Assembly: GCA_047495785.1 (NCBI GenBank)
Contig: JBLDXI010000031.1
Location: forward strand, 1,178,001 to 1,242,000
DNA length: 64,000 nucleotides
Direction of reading: 5' to 3'
Source: Lepidodermella squamata
Taxonomy: Eukaryota > Animalia > Gastrotricha
Shown here: one piece after another, positions 37,371 through 49,616 of the stretch
Position numbering within the stretch: position 1 is the stretch's first letter
Layout: every line of letters starts with the position of its first letter
Notes under the pieces: model-generated
Told to the model about the DNA's origin: nothing
The model's input: only the letters and a program-made list of their open reading frames with translations
The model's database searches: none
Program-made: the position numbers and the translations under genes

Positions 37371-38471
37371 CTAGAGCAATTCACCCCGTTTTCTACGCAG
37401 AGATTCAGAATAATCGATGTATTTGTGCGCGCCAGCGCAATGACTGCAGACAAAGGTTTTACTTTTGCATTGGCGGAAGTGGTGTTGATGGGATTGGCAC
37501 TTGCTGCAACGTCCTCCTGTGTCGGGTGCCGGCTTGAGCAGTGTTGCCTCGATAGCGAAGACTCCGATTTGGCCTTCGCCATTCACCAGCCTTTCAGCAT
37601 CGGCCTTTGTTTTCATTAGACATATAAACTGCGCGAAGCTTCTGTTCTTCCTTTTCAGTGGGTAAACATTTTCGACATTACTCCAGTATTGCTTGAGCTT
37701 GTCAGCAGTCATGTAGCTTGGGGCGTTCTTGATCTTGACCGCCCGTAACTCCTTCGTCGCAATTTCCTGGGCCGTTTGATGGCGACCAGGTGGAGCCTTC
37801 TTGTTAGCAATTTCCTCCGGGAAAAGCTCATAGTATTTAGACGAGCGATGGGCTACGGCGTTGCCGTCGAATGCTGATGCCGGTAGGTTATTGAGAAGCC
37901 TTTCAGCATCTTCAGTGGAGCAGCAGATCACCCGGGCGCCACCATTAGGGTAGTCAAAGACGTATTTCACCTTTAGACCTGGCATTTTGTCACCGAGTTC
38001 GGCGCTGATTGCGGCGTTATCGTACTTTTCGGGATCGAAGCCGTCGATTGCGACGGTCAGTTTTTCTCGAGTTTTAACGTCAAGGTTATCTTTCTTAGCC
38101 TGACGCGAGGTCGGCTCGATGGCCGGTGCTTCTGTTTGTGGTTGATTATCTGTGACAGTCGGCTTTTTGGGTTGACCCTGAGTCCTGTAAGGAGTTCGAT
38201 CCTCAGCCGTGCTAGTTTTGACCGGTGGGCTACTTGTGGATGGCGACGAGTTGCTAGCAATTTGCTGCTCTGTCTCGCTGTCTAGACTGCCATTTGCTGT
38301 GGTGTCTGAGCTTGTGGCTTTCCGCTTTTCTGCAGTTTTCGCCACATTGCGGCCCGTGTTCTGCATGGCTGTTTTGATGTCTACTTGTCTTTGGCCGGCA
38401 GGTTTCTTAACATCTTGTTGTCGACTAGAAGCCTGGTTATTGTAGCCTCCGCGACCGCCGTGATGGCCCAT
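37371..38471 (-). CDS. LINE ORF1 gag-like nucleic-acid-binding protein
   Basis: Basic low-complexity N-terminus and a C-terminal CCHC knuckle. The second knuckle CSHCAGAHKYIDY has lost its last Cys. Confidence 0.8.
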   Translation of the reverse strand: MGHHGGRGGYNNQASSRQQDVKKPAGQRQVDIKTAMQNTGRNVAKTAEKRKATSSDTTANGSLDSETEQQIASNSSPSTSSPPVKTSTAEDRTPYRTQGQPKKPTVTDNQPQTEAPAIEPTSRQAKKDNLDVKTREKLTVAIDGFDPEKYDNAAISAELGDKMPGLKVKYVFDYPNGGARVICCSTEDAERLLNNLPASAFDGNAVAHRSSKYYELFPEEIANKKAPPGRHQTAQEIATKELRAVKIKNAPSYMTADKLKQYWSNVENVYPLKRKNRSFAQFICLMKTKADAERLVNGEGQIGVFAIEATLLKPAPDTGGRCSKCQSHQHHFRQCKSKTFVCSHCAGAHKYIDYSESLRRKRGELL

Positions 38472-40245
38472 AAAATCAAATAAAATTGTAATAAATGAAA
38501 CAGTGGGGTGATAATAAATTCAGTAGGGGAGTGCCAAGCTCCTCTTGGCATGAAAGAGGTGGAAAGAAATTAGTCTGTTAATTAAGAACCGATATAAACG
38601 TAAAATAAAATGTTGGCGCCGAGCCAGTATGTTATTCTACGGGGTGTTCTTTTTAAAACCGAACATCCTGCCGTAGTCGCGAAAAATAAATTTGCCGGCT
38701 ATTTTACAAAAATAATTTTTTATCACTTTTAATAATTATTTTTAATTTTATTTTCAATTGCGCGATGCCCTTGAATTTTAGCGCGCGTTGCCACGTCGAC
38801 GCGTCGGTTTTTAAATTTTAGCGGTTAAAACGCCTGAAATCAGGGTTTTCGCGCCTGGTTCCTAAGGTAAACGGCAAGCGCGCGGCTCCTTGCTGCGCAT
38901 CATTCAAGTCAGTTAAGCGAGCTTAATGCGTTTTAGCCGCGCCGTTTTTTCTTATTCGGTCTCAGTTTTCGCAATGTGGTATACCCAAAATCGGTAAAAA
39001 GAGCCTTAAATTGCGGTTCCTTGCCGTTGAAATCCACCGCTGGAATCAAGAAGACGGCGGTGCAACGTGGTTTTCTGCTGTCTTGAGGAGTCTAATGATA
39101 TAACAAGCGGCCTTGAAAACTTGTCGCTCAAGTTTCAGTCCGCGGATCAGAGAAACGCACCCTTTTCTGGGCGAAATGCAATGCAACTAGCTGTTTCACG
39201 ATGAAAAGGGCAGTGGTATCATGTAAATAAACGGAAAGCTGGGGGGAAACATGTCGAATTTACTGGCATAGATGTTGCTGATGCGGAAGACACGTTGCCT
39301 TCCTTCATTATCCTTGATGTTCTCTCATCCTTGTGTGATACTTCGTCGTCCGCAGTGAGGCCGTAACTAACTTCTATAGACTAATTAAAGCTGATCTCAA
39401 AGGCGTTACCACCGTTATCATCAAAGCTGTCTCGTAGAACATGTTCATAATATCAAAAAGAAAAAATACAAGGTATTTTAGATTACGATGATTTAGCCGC
39501 TCAGTTTATTTCGTTTACTGCTGTTCGTAACATCAGTCATGTTCCTTACTTAGGATAGTGGTTTACAAGTCAGCGTAGTTTAGTAAGGACTGTCATCCTA
39601 ATAGTCATAACTATGGACACTCACTCTTCACTCTACGCCGCGTCTTTTAATGTGCACAGGTCCATCTGAGATCAGATCCTTAGATCGCTCAGTCTGAAGC
39701 GGCGAAGTCTGAGTAAGGATTGTTGAGTAAAAGCCATTCCTACCAAGCATACCAGTGACACCGCGTCCTTACTTGGAAGCCATCTTGCTAAGGATGTCTT
39801 GCTTAGTAAGGACATCCTTAGTAAGGAATTCCTTATAGCAAGATTGCTTTCAAGTAAAGAGAGCGCTTAGCATCTATAAATGCATCCTTAACATCCATAG
39901 CATGGAAAATCAACATCGCTAGGCTATGAACAGCCGTTTATTTGCACCATTCAGATCAAGTTGAGTGTTTAACAAAACGTCATGTAAACTTTAACATCAT
40001 TCGCAGCATCCGGCGCGCGGCGTGAGTCGTTAAGAGTGAGAATTTAGCATCATTTTCGGCGAAAAATTCATTGGTATCACTGGATCCGCCGGAGATTTGA
40101 AAACAGCCGATGACTAAGACAACGCTTAGGACTGATAACCGAGATCTTATTCAGACATTGATCACTCGTTTGCGGCGGCGCAGGGCAGCGGCGGGAATAT
40201 TCCGTGGTGATGCCCGTGTCCTGTCATCAATTTCCCTGCGGTAAC

Positions 40246-41449
40246 CAGTGTTCCGAGACCGGGGGCTAAGGGGGAAGAATGATCCCCCAGAGAGCTGCGA
40301 TGAAACTTTGAAGGGGATAAGCTTACCCCCTTGGAGCTAAAAATTTTGGAAAAATTGGCCCACTTTGAAACCAGCAGAATCATGGTTTTCTAGTGGAATA
40401 GACGTCGAAAACTCAGCCTTGTTGAAGGAAATTCCCCTTTCCATGATTCCATCTTATTCCACTAAGTGAAAAGTAACAAGTCACTTTGATCGCTTAAAAA
40501 AAAATTAAGAAATCACTTCAAAATCGATAATCGATATTCGACAATCGATAAAGAGTTGCCAATATCAGAAAATAGACATCACCAATGGATTCCCCGTGAA
40601 AAGTTACCCTAGATGACATGGCTTCGCCGTGATTCCTTATTGAGAAATAAAGATTCACTTTATAATGAAACAAAATTGTTCGTTTGTCTGCTTTCACGGA
40701 CCTATTATAAATTGAAAAAATTAAAATTCCATAAAAAACCTCTTTAAGCTGCTTTTTCCAATACATAATCCCCCTTAACAACCCGAAGGGGTAATTTCTG
40801 TATGCTGATTCCGTTCGCTTTTGCAGAATTTTCATAAAGATCACCGATCTCGAGATGATTAGGGGGTGCAATAAATTTATGACTTAATTGCCAATGACCC
40901 AATTTTTCTTCAAATCCTAACGTGTAACATATATAATTATGCAGAATTTTGCGCTGAATCCAGCGGTGATGTCAGTTTTAAGATCAGACGCATGGTTTTC
41001 AATAAAAAGCTACCTTATTATAAGCGATTTTTACCATTATTTGTTGGCACAATTTATCGTAAACATGCAATTTTAAAGCAATCTTAAACTATTCTCAGCC
41101 ATAATTGTCGAAAAATACCGTCAGCTAAAGCTCGCTTCGCTCGCGTGCCTTATTTATTTTTAGTTGTCGGTGTCCGCGCCGAAGTTTTTGGGGACCTTTG
41201 TATGATCCTTTTTCATTCAAATTTGTACCCGAAAAGTATGGACTATGGCTCCAATTGAGAGTACGATTTGAGATCGCAGAAATTGTTCGTCAAGAACCAG
41301 TGAGTCATCAGCAAGTCATCCTATAGTCATCCTTATAAACATTCTCGAACCAGTGATCAATGCGAGCGAACGCGCTAGCGTTCGCGAGCGATTTTTTTTT
41401 TAAGAAAATTGCCTTATCCCCCTCAGACCAAATCCTTCTCGGATCACTG
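40246..41449. mobile_element. Non-autonomous hAT element nested in the mariner-like element
   Basis: Ends are CAGTGTTCCGAGA ... TCTCGGATCACTG, flanked by a perfect 8-bp duplication GCGGTAAC (40238-40245 and 41450-41457). Confidence 0.85.
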
Positions 41450-41959
41450 GCGGTAACCGCAGTTGCGGGCGGGTGTAACTGTTTGTGAGACTGCGGTAAC
41501 AAAGCAAGTTTAACACCACGCCAGTCTTTGTCTTTTATATGCATCCCTTTGATCTCTGATTCTACGCGTCCTGTAAGAACAGTCCAGCATTCTCGCATAG
41601 ATTTTACGTTTCTTGTAATATTTTAGTGGTAAACTATTTGATTGATGTAACTTCAAGCGCAATAAATCACAATAATAAAACGCGCCCCACCCGCTGAATT
41701 TCCCGGAGAAATAGAAGAATAAGCGAAAACAAACGATTTCAAACCTTAGCCCTAATGCGACCGCTGAAAACCAGTAGCAGCGGCTGAAATGTGTCAACGG
41801 GTAAAGTCTTTTGCAGAATTTTAACATGATTAAAGCAATATATTCACACAATGCCTAAAATTCATGCATCGACGTCATATGGCCCCATAAATCACGAAGG
41901 ATTGCGGCTACAACGCGTTGAAACGTCATCTAACAAGGATGGTGTGGTATCAGAAAGCC

Positions 41960-42965
41960 GACCCAGCGCTCGAGTTAGGGCGGCAACACCAGCATTTTTC
42001 TGCTTTATTGTCAAACTGACATCTTCTCTTAGCAAGTTCACTTGTGTTGGCCAAAATTTAACCGCTAAATTATTTGCTACGACCAAAAATATCCCGAAAA
42101 ACCCGAAAAAACCCGAAAAATGCATGCCAAGCCACTTAAAGCGGAAAACCGCGTTGTCCAACCCAAAAGTAATGGTAACTAAGAAATATGCAGTTTATTC
42201 TACAAGAAAACCATGAGAAAGATTGTTCTTACCAGATTATTTCATGAAATGGGCTATCCTTAAGGTTGCTGATCTGACTCAATGATGACGTCTAACCAGA
42301 GTGTCTAGGGCAGACGAAAGTCGATCCTGCGCTCGAATTACGGCGGCAACACTAGCTTTTTTCTGCTTTGTCGTCATATTGATATAGTCTCCAAGCAAAA
42401 TCCCCCAATTTTACCCATATCTGACCGTTGATTATTCCCCAGCATCAATAAATGTTCCGATAAACCCGAATAACTCCATTTTAACGTCTAAATGCATCCT
42501 AAGCCGTAAAACGAGAAAAACCACGGTGACCCCCCAAAAAGACATGGTAACTAAGAAATTTACACTCTATTCTACCAGAAAACAATGAGTAACAATGCTA
42601 ATTAAGCAAAATTCATGACATGGATCATCTTGAAGATCGTTCATCTGGCCAGAGGATGAGATCTAACACAGCAGGTATGGCAGAAGGAAGTCCCTCCTGC
42701 TCACGAGTTAGTATGGCAACACCGACTTTTTCTTGTTTCATTGTCAAAGTATTTATGTCTCCTAGTGAATTCACTCATTTGAGCCCCCATTTGACCGCTG
42801 AATTGTTTGCTAACATTGTAAATGTTCCGAATATCCCGAAAAACTCCATTTATCGACAGAATGCATCCATAGCAGCAGCAAGTGAAAAACCGCGGTGACC
42901 CTCCAAAAAGTAACGGTAACTAAGTAGTATTTACTCTGCTTTACAAGAAAACAATGAGAGACAGT
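41960..42965. repeat. Three diverged tandem copies of a ~370-bp unit
   Basis: The anchor GGTAACTAAG occurs at 42174, 42546 and 42915. GGCAACAC, ACCG(C/T)TGA/ACCGCTAA and AGAAAAC(A/C)ATGAG recur with the same period. Confidence 0.8.
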
Positions 42966-44976
42966 GTTTTTGACGGGTGATTTGAAAGCATAGACCTCCT
43001 TGAAGATGGTGATAATGAGATCTATGCTCTGAAAGACCGGCTGGCTGTTAGGGCAGACGTGCTAAAAATAACCATCATCCTACAAAAACGGCTGTGGTAA
43101 TCTTGTAGAGAATACATTACTGTACTTAGAAACACTGTTTCCGCAAGGTATAACCGCACTTATGTGAAAGTTTCCGGGGTTAAACGCTTAAGATCTGCGA
43201 AAAACGGCATAAAAATGGCTTGTTTAGGCTTAGCGCATACGTCTAATTGAGCCATATTTAGAAAAAATGACGCCGGCTGCCTTATTAAATGCTTGAAATG
43301 CTATCAGAAAAACCCTAACAAAGGTGTCGTCACCGGTGATAAAATGCGGAATTACGGGGATGAAGTTGCGCGCCGGGGAACTTGCGGTGCGCGGAGCGGC
43401 TACAACGCGAAAACGCGCGGCATCGCGCAGCACGCTTTTCCGTAGCAACAAAATCTTTATTTAAAAAAAATTATTAATATAATAAAATAAAAATATTTTT
43501 AAAAGGATATTTAATTTTGTGCATAAAAATTTGCGGTAGCACGCGATTTTCCAACGCGCGCGGCGGATGTTCGGTTTTAAAAAGAACACCCTGTAGAGGG
43601 GTGTTAAAATTTATGAGAAAAGTTGAGTAGAAAAAGAGAGAAAAGGCACGTGCAATTCAAAACGAAAAACGAAAAACCTTTCGCCGAAGAGCGGCTCGAG
43701 AAGATTAGTGATTAGTGGTGTTGATGAAAGCGAGCGGAAGGCAGCGGCGGTAGTACAGCGCCCAACTCGCCCAACTCTTAACCAGATTGAAGTTGTCCGC
43801 GACATGCGTAGTGTTTAGCGTTCCTGGAAATCGGCCTGCGTGCTCGCGTTCTGCCCTATTTTCCCAGTCGCGAAAACACGACTGGTGAAAATGTACCAGC
43901 GGCACCGGAAAGGCTATTAACTCATTAGGGCGAAATGACTGGCTCTTTAGCCGCCGCGCGCGGTCAAGTGGGTGCAGCGGTTTTCTCCCTACACCCGTGA
44001 TTTCATTACCGTCCTATCAAATGTATTTGGTGTACGTAGCAAAATGGGCGCACCCAGATGTGGCAGCTATTTTCGCGCACCTTCCGGGTGTAACTAGCTA
44101 TAATCCTGCACCCACGGGTGTAGCGAGCAAATTCTATGCACCCAGCGCGCGGGTGCAGCTAGCGACGACCTAATAGTATTAGTGAGTACCACTGGTAATT
44201 TTTAGCGCTATAATGGGCGTATGCTACTTTGAGGCATCAAACTTGATGCTTACGACCATTTTTTTTCCTCGAAAAACGTGACGCATGCAAATTTATTCTT
44301 CGATCAGAGCCATTTTGGCTAACTTTCAAGTCGATCTCAGTTAGTCCCAAGTGTCAATCTCCCTCGCCAGCATGTTTTATTGGCTGACACTGAAGTTACA
44401 TATTTCGAGTTTAGGAATCGTACGAATTAGACAAGGGTATCATTATTGCCCACGTTTCCCGAATCAATCTTCAACATTCAAACCGCCAGGCTGGTTAGCA
44501 TATTTTGCAAAAATCAGTATTTGACGATTTGACGCTTAATTGAATTTGACGGGACCCATGCCTCAACCGAACATTCAAATAAGCTTATATTGCTATCGCA
44601 ACGAAGAAAAACAGAAGACCCTTGTGGAATCGAACTTCGGTTCGTTGATAATTGAGGCTAGTGCTCAACTACGCCCAACAACGCCGCAACTACGCCGCGA
44701 TAAAGTTCTCCCTTTATCAATTATTTTCTGCCGTTGTGATAAACATCGAATTTTTTATTTAGGTATTTTTTTTATTGCGCAACAACGCTCGTTACATGCA
44801 AAAATCGCGCGACTTGAAACAAGTCATGTTTACTCAATGGGTTGAGCACTAGCATCTTTTATCAAAGAACCGATGTGGAGATTTGACACGCGTTTGTGGC
44901 CCGCCCTTTGAGACTATCCTGCGAACTTAAAAAAGCACTTCGATTGAAAGTGTATTAATAGTTGTTTTATATCGGA

Positions 44977-46701
44977 ATGTTAAATTCAATATTTCATCAC
45001 AGGCACCAGTGTTTGTTCGCAACTGTTCTAGCCCTATTATTATTGGGACTGCTTGCGAATTACGAACGACTGAAGTCGTTCAATGAACCATTCCCCTTGA
45101 ATGTGGCGAAAGGCGAGGGTCTAACCGCCATTCAGCAGGAGAGCCTTCGACTAATTTCCAATTCAATGTTCAGCGAATTTTATACCGGGTTTTTCGACGA
45201 TGCAATCGCCAATTATGGCGACCAGAGCCGCTTCCACAGCACCATTTTGCGACTCATTGGTGACAATTCGACTGGTAACCACAAAAAGAGGCTGAGAATA
45301 GCTGTTATTGGAGGGTCTAATTCTAACGGGAGGAGTAACACGGTATTTCACTGTTCACTATATCGACATCGTCATACTTCAACGATTTGATTTGCACAGG
45401 GACCAAACTACTTTGATCGAGTGTGCACGTGGTTTCGAAAAGCTGTTAAACCTTTCAAGGTCGAAGTTGTCTGCGAAAATTGGGCAATGGGTGCAACCGG
45501 AAAGTACGTATAACTGCTTATTTTTTTCAGGAAGCAACGCTTTTATTCATCTTTTCTATAGTTTGTTGTATAAATTTTGCTTGCATGACATGATTGATCT
45601 AAAAAAGTTGGACATACTCTTCACGGAATTCGCCATCAACGACCCCGAAGGAGACATTGGCATGAAGGATTTTACTCATCTTATTGAGCATGTATCGTTG
45701 ACGAACCCGAATGTTCACATAGTTAACGTCGAACTAGATCGTGGTTGGATGCCTCTGGGCATAAATGTGCCGGGATTCAACTTGACAATATGGCGATGCA
45801 AGATGTACTTCAAACCCCCTTTCCACCGTTTGGTTGCAAAGCGATACAACTTTCCATCAATTAAAGTGTACCATTTTTACTGCGGGCATGACTCAAGAAA
45901 CGTTTCTCTAAATGCCATGAAAGGTAACCTAGTCGATAGCAACTCTTTTTCTATTGTTGCTTGTGCGTTTCAGATGGCTATCTGTTTAAGGACGGTGTTC
46001 ATCCTGGCCAATTGGTACACGTCATGGTTGGCGAGTTCTTAGTGGCTTACTTTAAGCGATCGATTAACCAACTAATTGAATCTAACACGCAACCCGTTGT
46101 TTCCGAGCCAAATTTACAACCCTTATATTTCTATTCGCAATGCTTTTTATCGGCAGCACCAGGTCCGCGAAACTCAACAAATCATAAGCTAGAAGAGGCC
46201 TTCATTGCATCGTCTGGGAACAAACTGACCGTCTGGGATCGCGACGCTCTCAACGCTATAGAGATTTTAAAGCCGATCAACTCAACTGATCGATTCGTCT
46301 TTAAAAGGTTTACGAAGTTTCGCTTTGAACCAGGCTTTCCGACTACTTACTGTGCGAGATTGAAGAAATGCTTCGAGCCACGGGTTGTACTGTCACACAA
46401 GGGGGATCCGAAAGCGAACAAGGCGATAACGATCACTGCGAATTATTCCCTATTATCGGGACAAAAGCTTCAATCGATGTACACCTTGCACTTGAGCAAA
46501 CGCATTATTGATGCCACACTCTACGAGTACCCGCTGTTGGCTGGCCCGAGGAAAGCTGTGAAATGTTTTGCTGAGAATTCCACGATTATTAATGACATTG
46601 AGTCGGCAGAGTTGAAGTTTGAGCAGATTAGTGATAAAAACTTGCCTTTTTCGATGTTAACGATTATGTTTGTTTTTGATTGCCCAGATGCAAACGAATA
46701 A
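44977..46701 (+). CDS. SGNH hydrolase-like protein, copy B (4 exons)
   Basis: Motifs RIAVIGGSNS, NWAMGATG, DILFTEFAIND and DGVHP; same intron positions as copy A. Confidence 0.8.
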
Positions 46702-47197
46702 AACAATGAAAAGTGACAAGTTCCTTTTTTTATACGGTAGAATTTTCTGGCCAGTTCTGGAGCAGCTGAAAGCACAACAACAACATACGGACCTTTTGGG
46801 CATAATGATGAAAATGAGCCGTGAGCCGTTTTTGGCAAGGCCAAGATTTAAAACCTGCATGGCGAATGACCCCCCATCGCTGGTACCTTGTCGTTGGTTT
46901 GGGGTTTCGTTTCTACGACCAGTGGGGCTGTACCGATGCGGAGAGGCCGACGGCGAGAAGCAAATCTTCTAGCGCTTTTAGTGCTGGATTCAGTGCTGGA
47001 TGCGTGCCGGTCAATGCTAGGGACTGGTGCTGGATAATTGCCCGAACGAAAATTTTCAGGGTTATTTTGATATTTTTTAACTATTTTTCATTTTTCATTC
47101 TTACACATTAATTTGAAATTACCGGATAAACTCTGAAATAGTGAGAAACCTGAATATCGAAAAAACCCTTATTTATTATGCTCTGAAAAAACCCCGA

Positions 47198-47348
47198 ATT
47201 ATTGCGGAAACTATGGGAATATTCCTGTCACCCACGACTCTAACTCTAATCGGCTCGAGCTGTCGCCATGTGTGAAATGGCGGCAATTCGAGCCGATTAG
47301 AGTTTGAGTCGTGGGTGACAGGAATATTCCCATAGTTTCCGCAATAAT
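47198..47348. repeat. Near-perfect ~150-bp palindrome (hairpin/MITE)
   Basis: ATTATTGCGGAAACTATGGGAATATTCCTGTCACCCACGACTC... is matched by ...GAGTCGTGGGTGACAGGAATATTCCCATAGTTTCCGCAATAAT around a short loop. Confidence 0.9.
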
Positions 47349-48049
47349 CGAGATTGAATAAGTACAATAATAAGGCGCCTGGCGTTATTATACACAGTAA
47401 AATAATTCATACAAACAGCACGCAGATAAATGGCATTTCACAGACAATTGGTGATTATTTAAAAAAGATTCAAATTATGGTATTCAAGTCTATTTATGTA
47501 TTTCAGTTAATGTTGAAGTAAAAGCTAAGGATGGCCGAATATCGCTCCGTAGGTTTTCGTTTCATCGTCGAAACTCACATCAAGTTAAGCCATCAACAAA
47601 TTTCTAAATTAGAGATAAAAATTATTAAAATAATTTTGAGAAATTTCGTCAATTTTAAACGAGATACTTCGTAATTATCCATGTTGATTACTTCGACTGC
47701 TACGTGATCATTTTTACTAAAATTTGCTAAATTTAATTTTTTAACTAAAAGATGAAGGATTCATCGTTAAAAATTTTCATATTATTTAGCTTCAGAGGGT
47801 ACCTATAGATATATAAAATTAATCTAGAATAGGTGATTAGTGGCAAGCTTGCCGCCATTTTAGCTAAGTTTGGGAAAAAATTAGGAAAAAATGTGGTTCC
47901 AATAGCAGCCCAGGGTTGAGAGGTCAAGTCGGTTGATAAACATCATAAAAAAAATGATTTGAATGATTCAAAAAATAATTTTTTGACTTTTGAGGTTAAT
48001 AATTTCGATGTTGAAATAGTAGTAGCCCAGGCTGCTATAGGAACAAATA

Positions 48050-48990
48050 CCGTCAGTTGGGGCTATCCGGACGGCGAAAAAAAATTACCCCCTGATTTTT
48101 TTGCATTTTTACACGTTTCAGAAGGTCCTGATTCCAATGGAACCAGGATTCCGAATAGCCCCACGGATGGGGCTATTCGGACAGGTGTGGGGCTATTAAT
48201 GATACATAAATATTCAATTCAAATATTACTAATATGCTGTGTTCAGTGGTCGAGTGGCTTGGGATGTGCTTCTAGAAAGCATAGCAAAGTACGAAAGCAG
48301 GGTTCGAGTCCACGCCGCGGAGCAATTTTTTTCCGCAAAATTTTTTTATTATCATTTTTATGCCCAAGAATTTGAGCAAACTAAAACACTGATTTTTAGT
48401 TGAATTATTTGTCAATTATAGTCGTAATTAATTAATTGGCACTGTCGTATGACACCAGTAAATTAGTCTTCTGCAGCCTTTCCAGCTCATTCAAAAATTA
48501 AAATGGAAATGAAGTTAAAGTCCGCATTAATCAGTAAGAAACCTTTGAAGAACGCAGTTCATTAGCATATTCAAATGGCAGACCGAATAGCCCCACAACA
48601 TCATTTTTTCGTGGGGCTAAAAGGACGCAATTAATTAGACAAAAGTACGAGTCGGATCGGGGCGTTTTTAATTTTCATGGGTGCCCTAGCGTCTGTAGAT
48701 TCAGGAAAAATTGGGCGCAGGTCCAGCAAAATTCTCTTCGGGTCCAGGTAATTCAACGCAGAACAGTGCTTAAACTGAGTCAAACTTACACCTGAAAGGT
48801 AAGGCCATATCTTTACAACCACTTACTCTCAGGCCATGAAATTTTTATAGCATATGGGTCGTCTTTCCACCTAACTCCGTGCAAAATTTCACTGCCAACG
48901 GCCGGGTAGTTTTCGAGCCATGCTCATTCTCCCGTTTTCATGAACATTCGTCCGAATAGCCCCACTGACCCAGATTACCCCAAGTGACGG
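48050..48990. mobile_element. pogo/Tc1-mariner-type MITE with TA duplication
   Basis: Ends are TA|CCGTCAGTTGGGGCTATCCGG ... CCAGATTACCCCAAGTGACGG|TA, with internal repeated GAATAGCCCCA / TGGGGCTA motifs. Confidence 0.75.
48240..48323 (+). pseudogene. tRNA-like sequence (Pol III A/B boxes), probably a SINE head or pseudo-tRNA
   Basis: A box TGGTCGAGTGG, B box GGTTCGAGTCC, anticodon-like stem GTGCT-TCTAGAA-AGCAT, then a T-run. The D and T stems are imperfect. Confidence 0.5.
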
Positions 48991-49616
48991 TACTGTATAT
49001 TTAGAGGGTAATGGGTGGTAGTTCAATCGCTGACTGGAAAAAGATGCTCTGGCATTGAAAATGAGGGTGAAATCCAAGTGCTAATAAGGTTGCAAAATTG
49101 CAAAGTGTTTTGTTCATTTCTGAAACTAGTTCAAAGACACCGTGACGCAACAATGGTGACTCAACTTGACAGAAAAGTTCAGAAAAACCCGCAAATAAAT
49201 ACTCGATTACGCGCTTTAATAAATCGGAGTTTTTTTTCGCTTTGTACCTATGCACATTTCAAAACCCCTGAAAATATCTAAGACTGTTTTAGCTCGCAAA
49301 CATTAATTTTGCGATGGTCTGAAATATCCTAAAAAACGTCGAGAATTGCCGAAAGATTATTTTGGGTTTTTCACATATTTTAATTAAACACCAGGAAAAC
49401 CCGTCTATATCTGAATGGATGGAAACGTTGCTTCATAAATCGGAGTTTATCAGCTTCGGTTTTTATTAAAAAGCCCAATTAAATTCAGAAAAAACGAGAA
49501 TAAGCTCGGAATATCTCGGAAATGCCAAAACAGTTCTTTAAAAATTTTTGTTCGGGTGTGCTGGATAGTGCGGAAAATTGGTGCTGGATAGGTGCTGAAA
49601 GTCGTGCTGGATACAA

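Larger units (their letters stand above)
33757..38471 (-). mobile_element. Non-LTR retrotransposon (LINE, Jockey/I-group-like), near full length
   Basis: ORF1 (38471-37371) has CCHC knuckles (CSKCQSHQHHFRQC). ORF2 (36941-34152) has an APE endonuclease (GDLNA, SDH) and RT (YRPVALL, QFGF, GVPQGSPLSP, YADD). An A-tract at ~33757-33770 may be the tail. The APE N-terminus is disrupted upstream of IFLNETHL. Confidence 0.9.
38640..43593. mobile_element. Non-autonomous Tc1/mariner-type element (~4.95 kb) with TA target-site duplication
   Basis: Terminal inverted repeats TA|CGGGGTGTTCTTTTTAAAACCGAACATCC ... GGATGTTCGGTTTTAAAAAGAACACCCTG|TA. No transposase ORF. Confidence 0.8.
47041..49556. mobile_element. 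Non-autonomous CMC/EnSpm-like element inserted in a GTGCTGGAT repeat array
   Basis: Terminal inverted repeats CCCGAACGAAAATTTT / AAAATTTTTGTTCGGG with a 2-bp TG duplication. GTGCTGGAT repeats continue on both sides (46981-47037, 49558-49612). Confidence 0.65.

Noticed and set aside
41851-42898. Similar short ORFs (41851-42216, 41892-42161, 42620-42898) as a repeated gene
   Set aside because: The similarity comes from the 370-bp DNA repeat, and frames are broken by stops in the other copies.
48240-48323. Functional tRNA (Leu-TAG-like) gene
   Set aside because: The D and T stems pair poorly and it lies inside a MITE, so it is listed only as tRNA-like.
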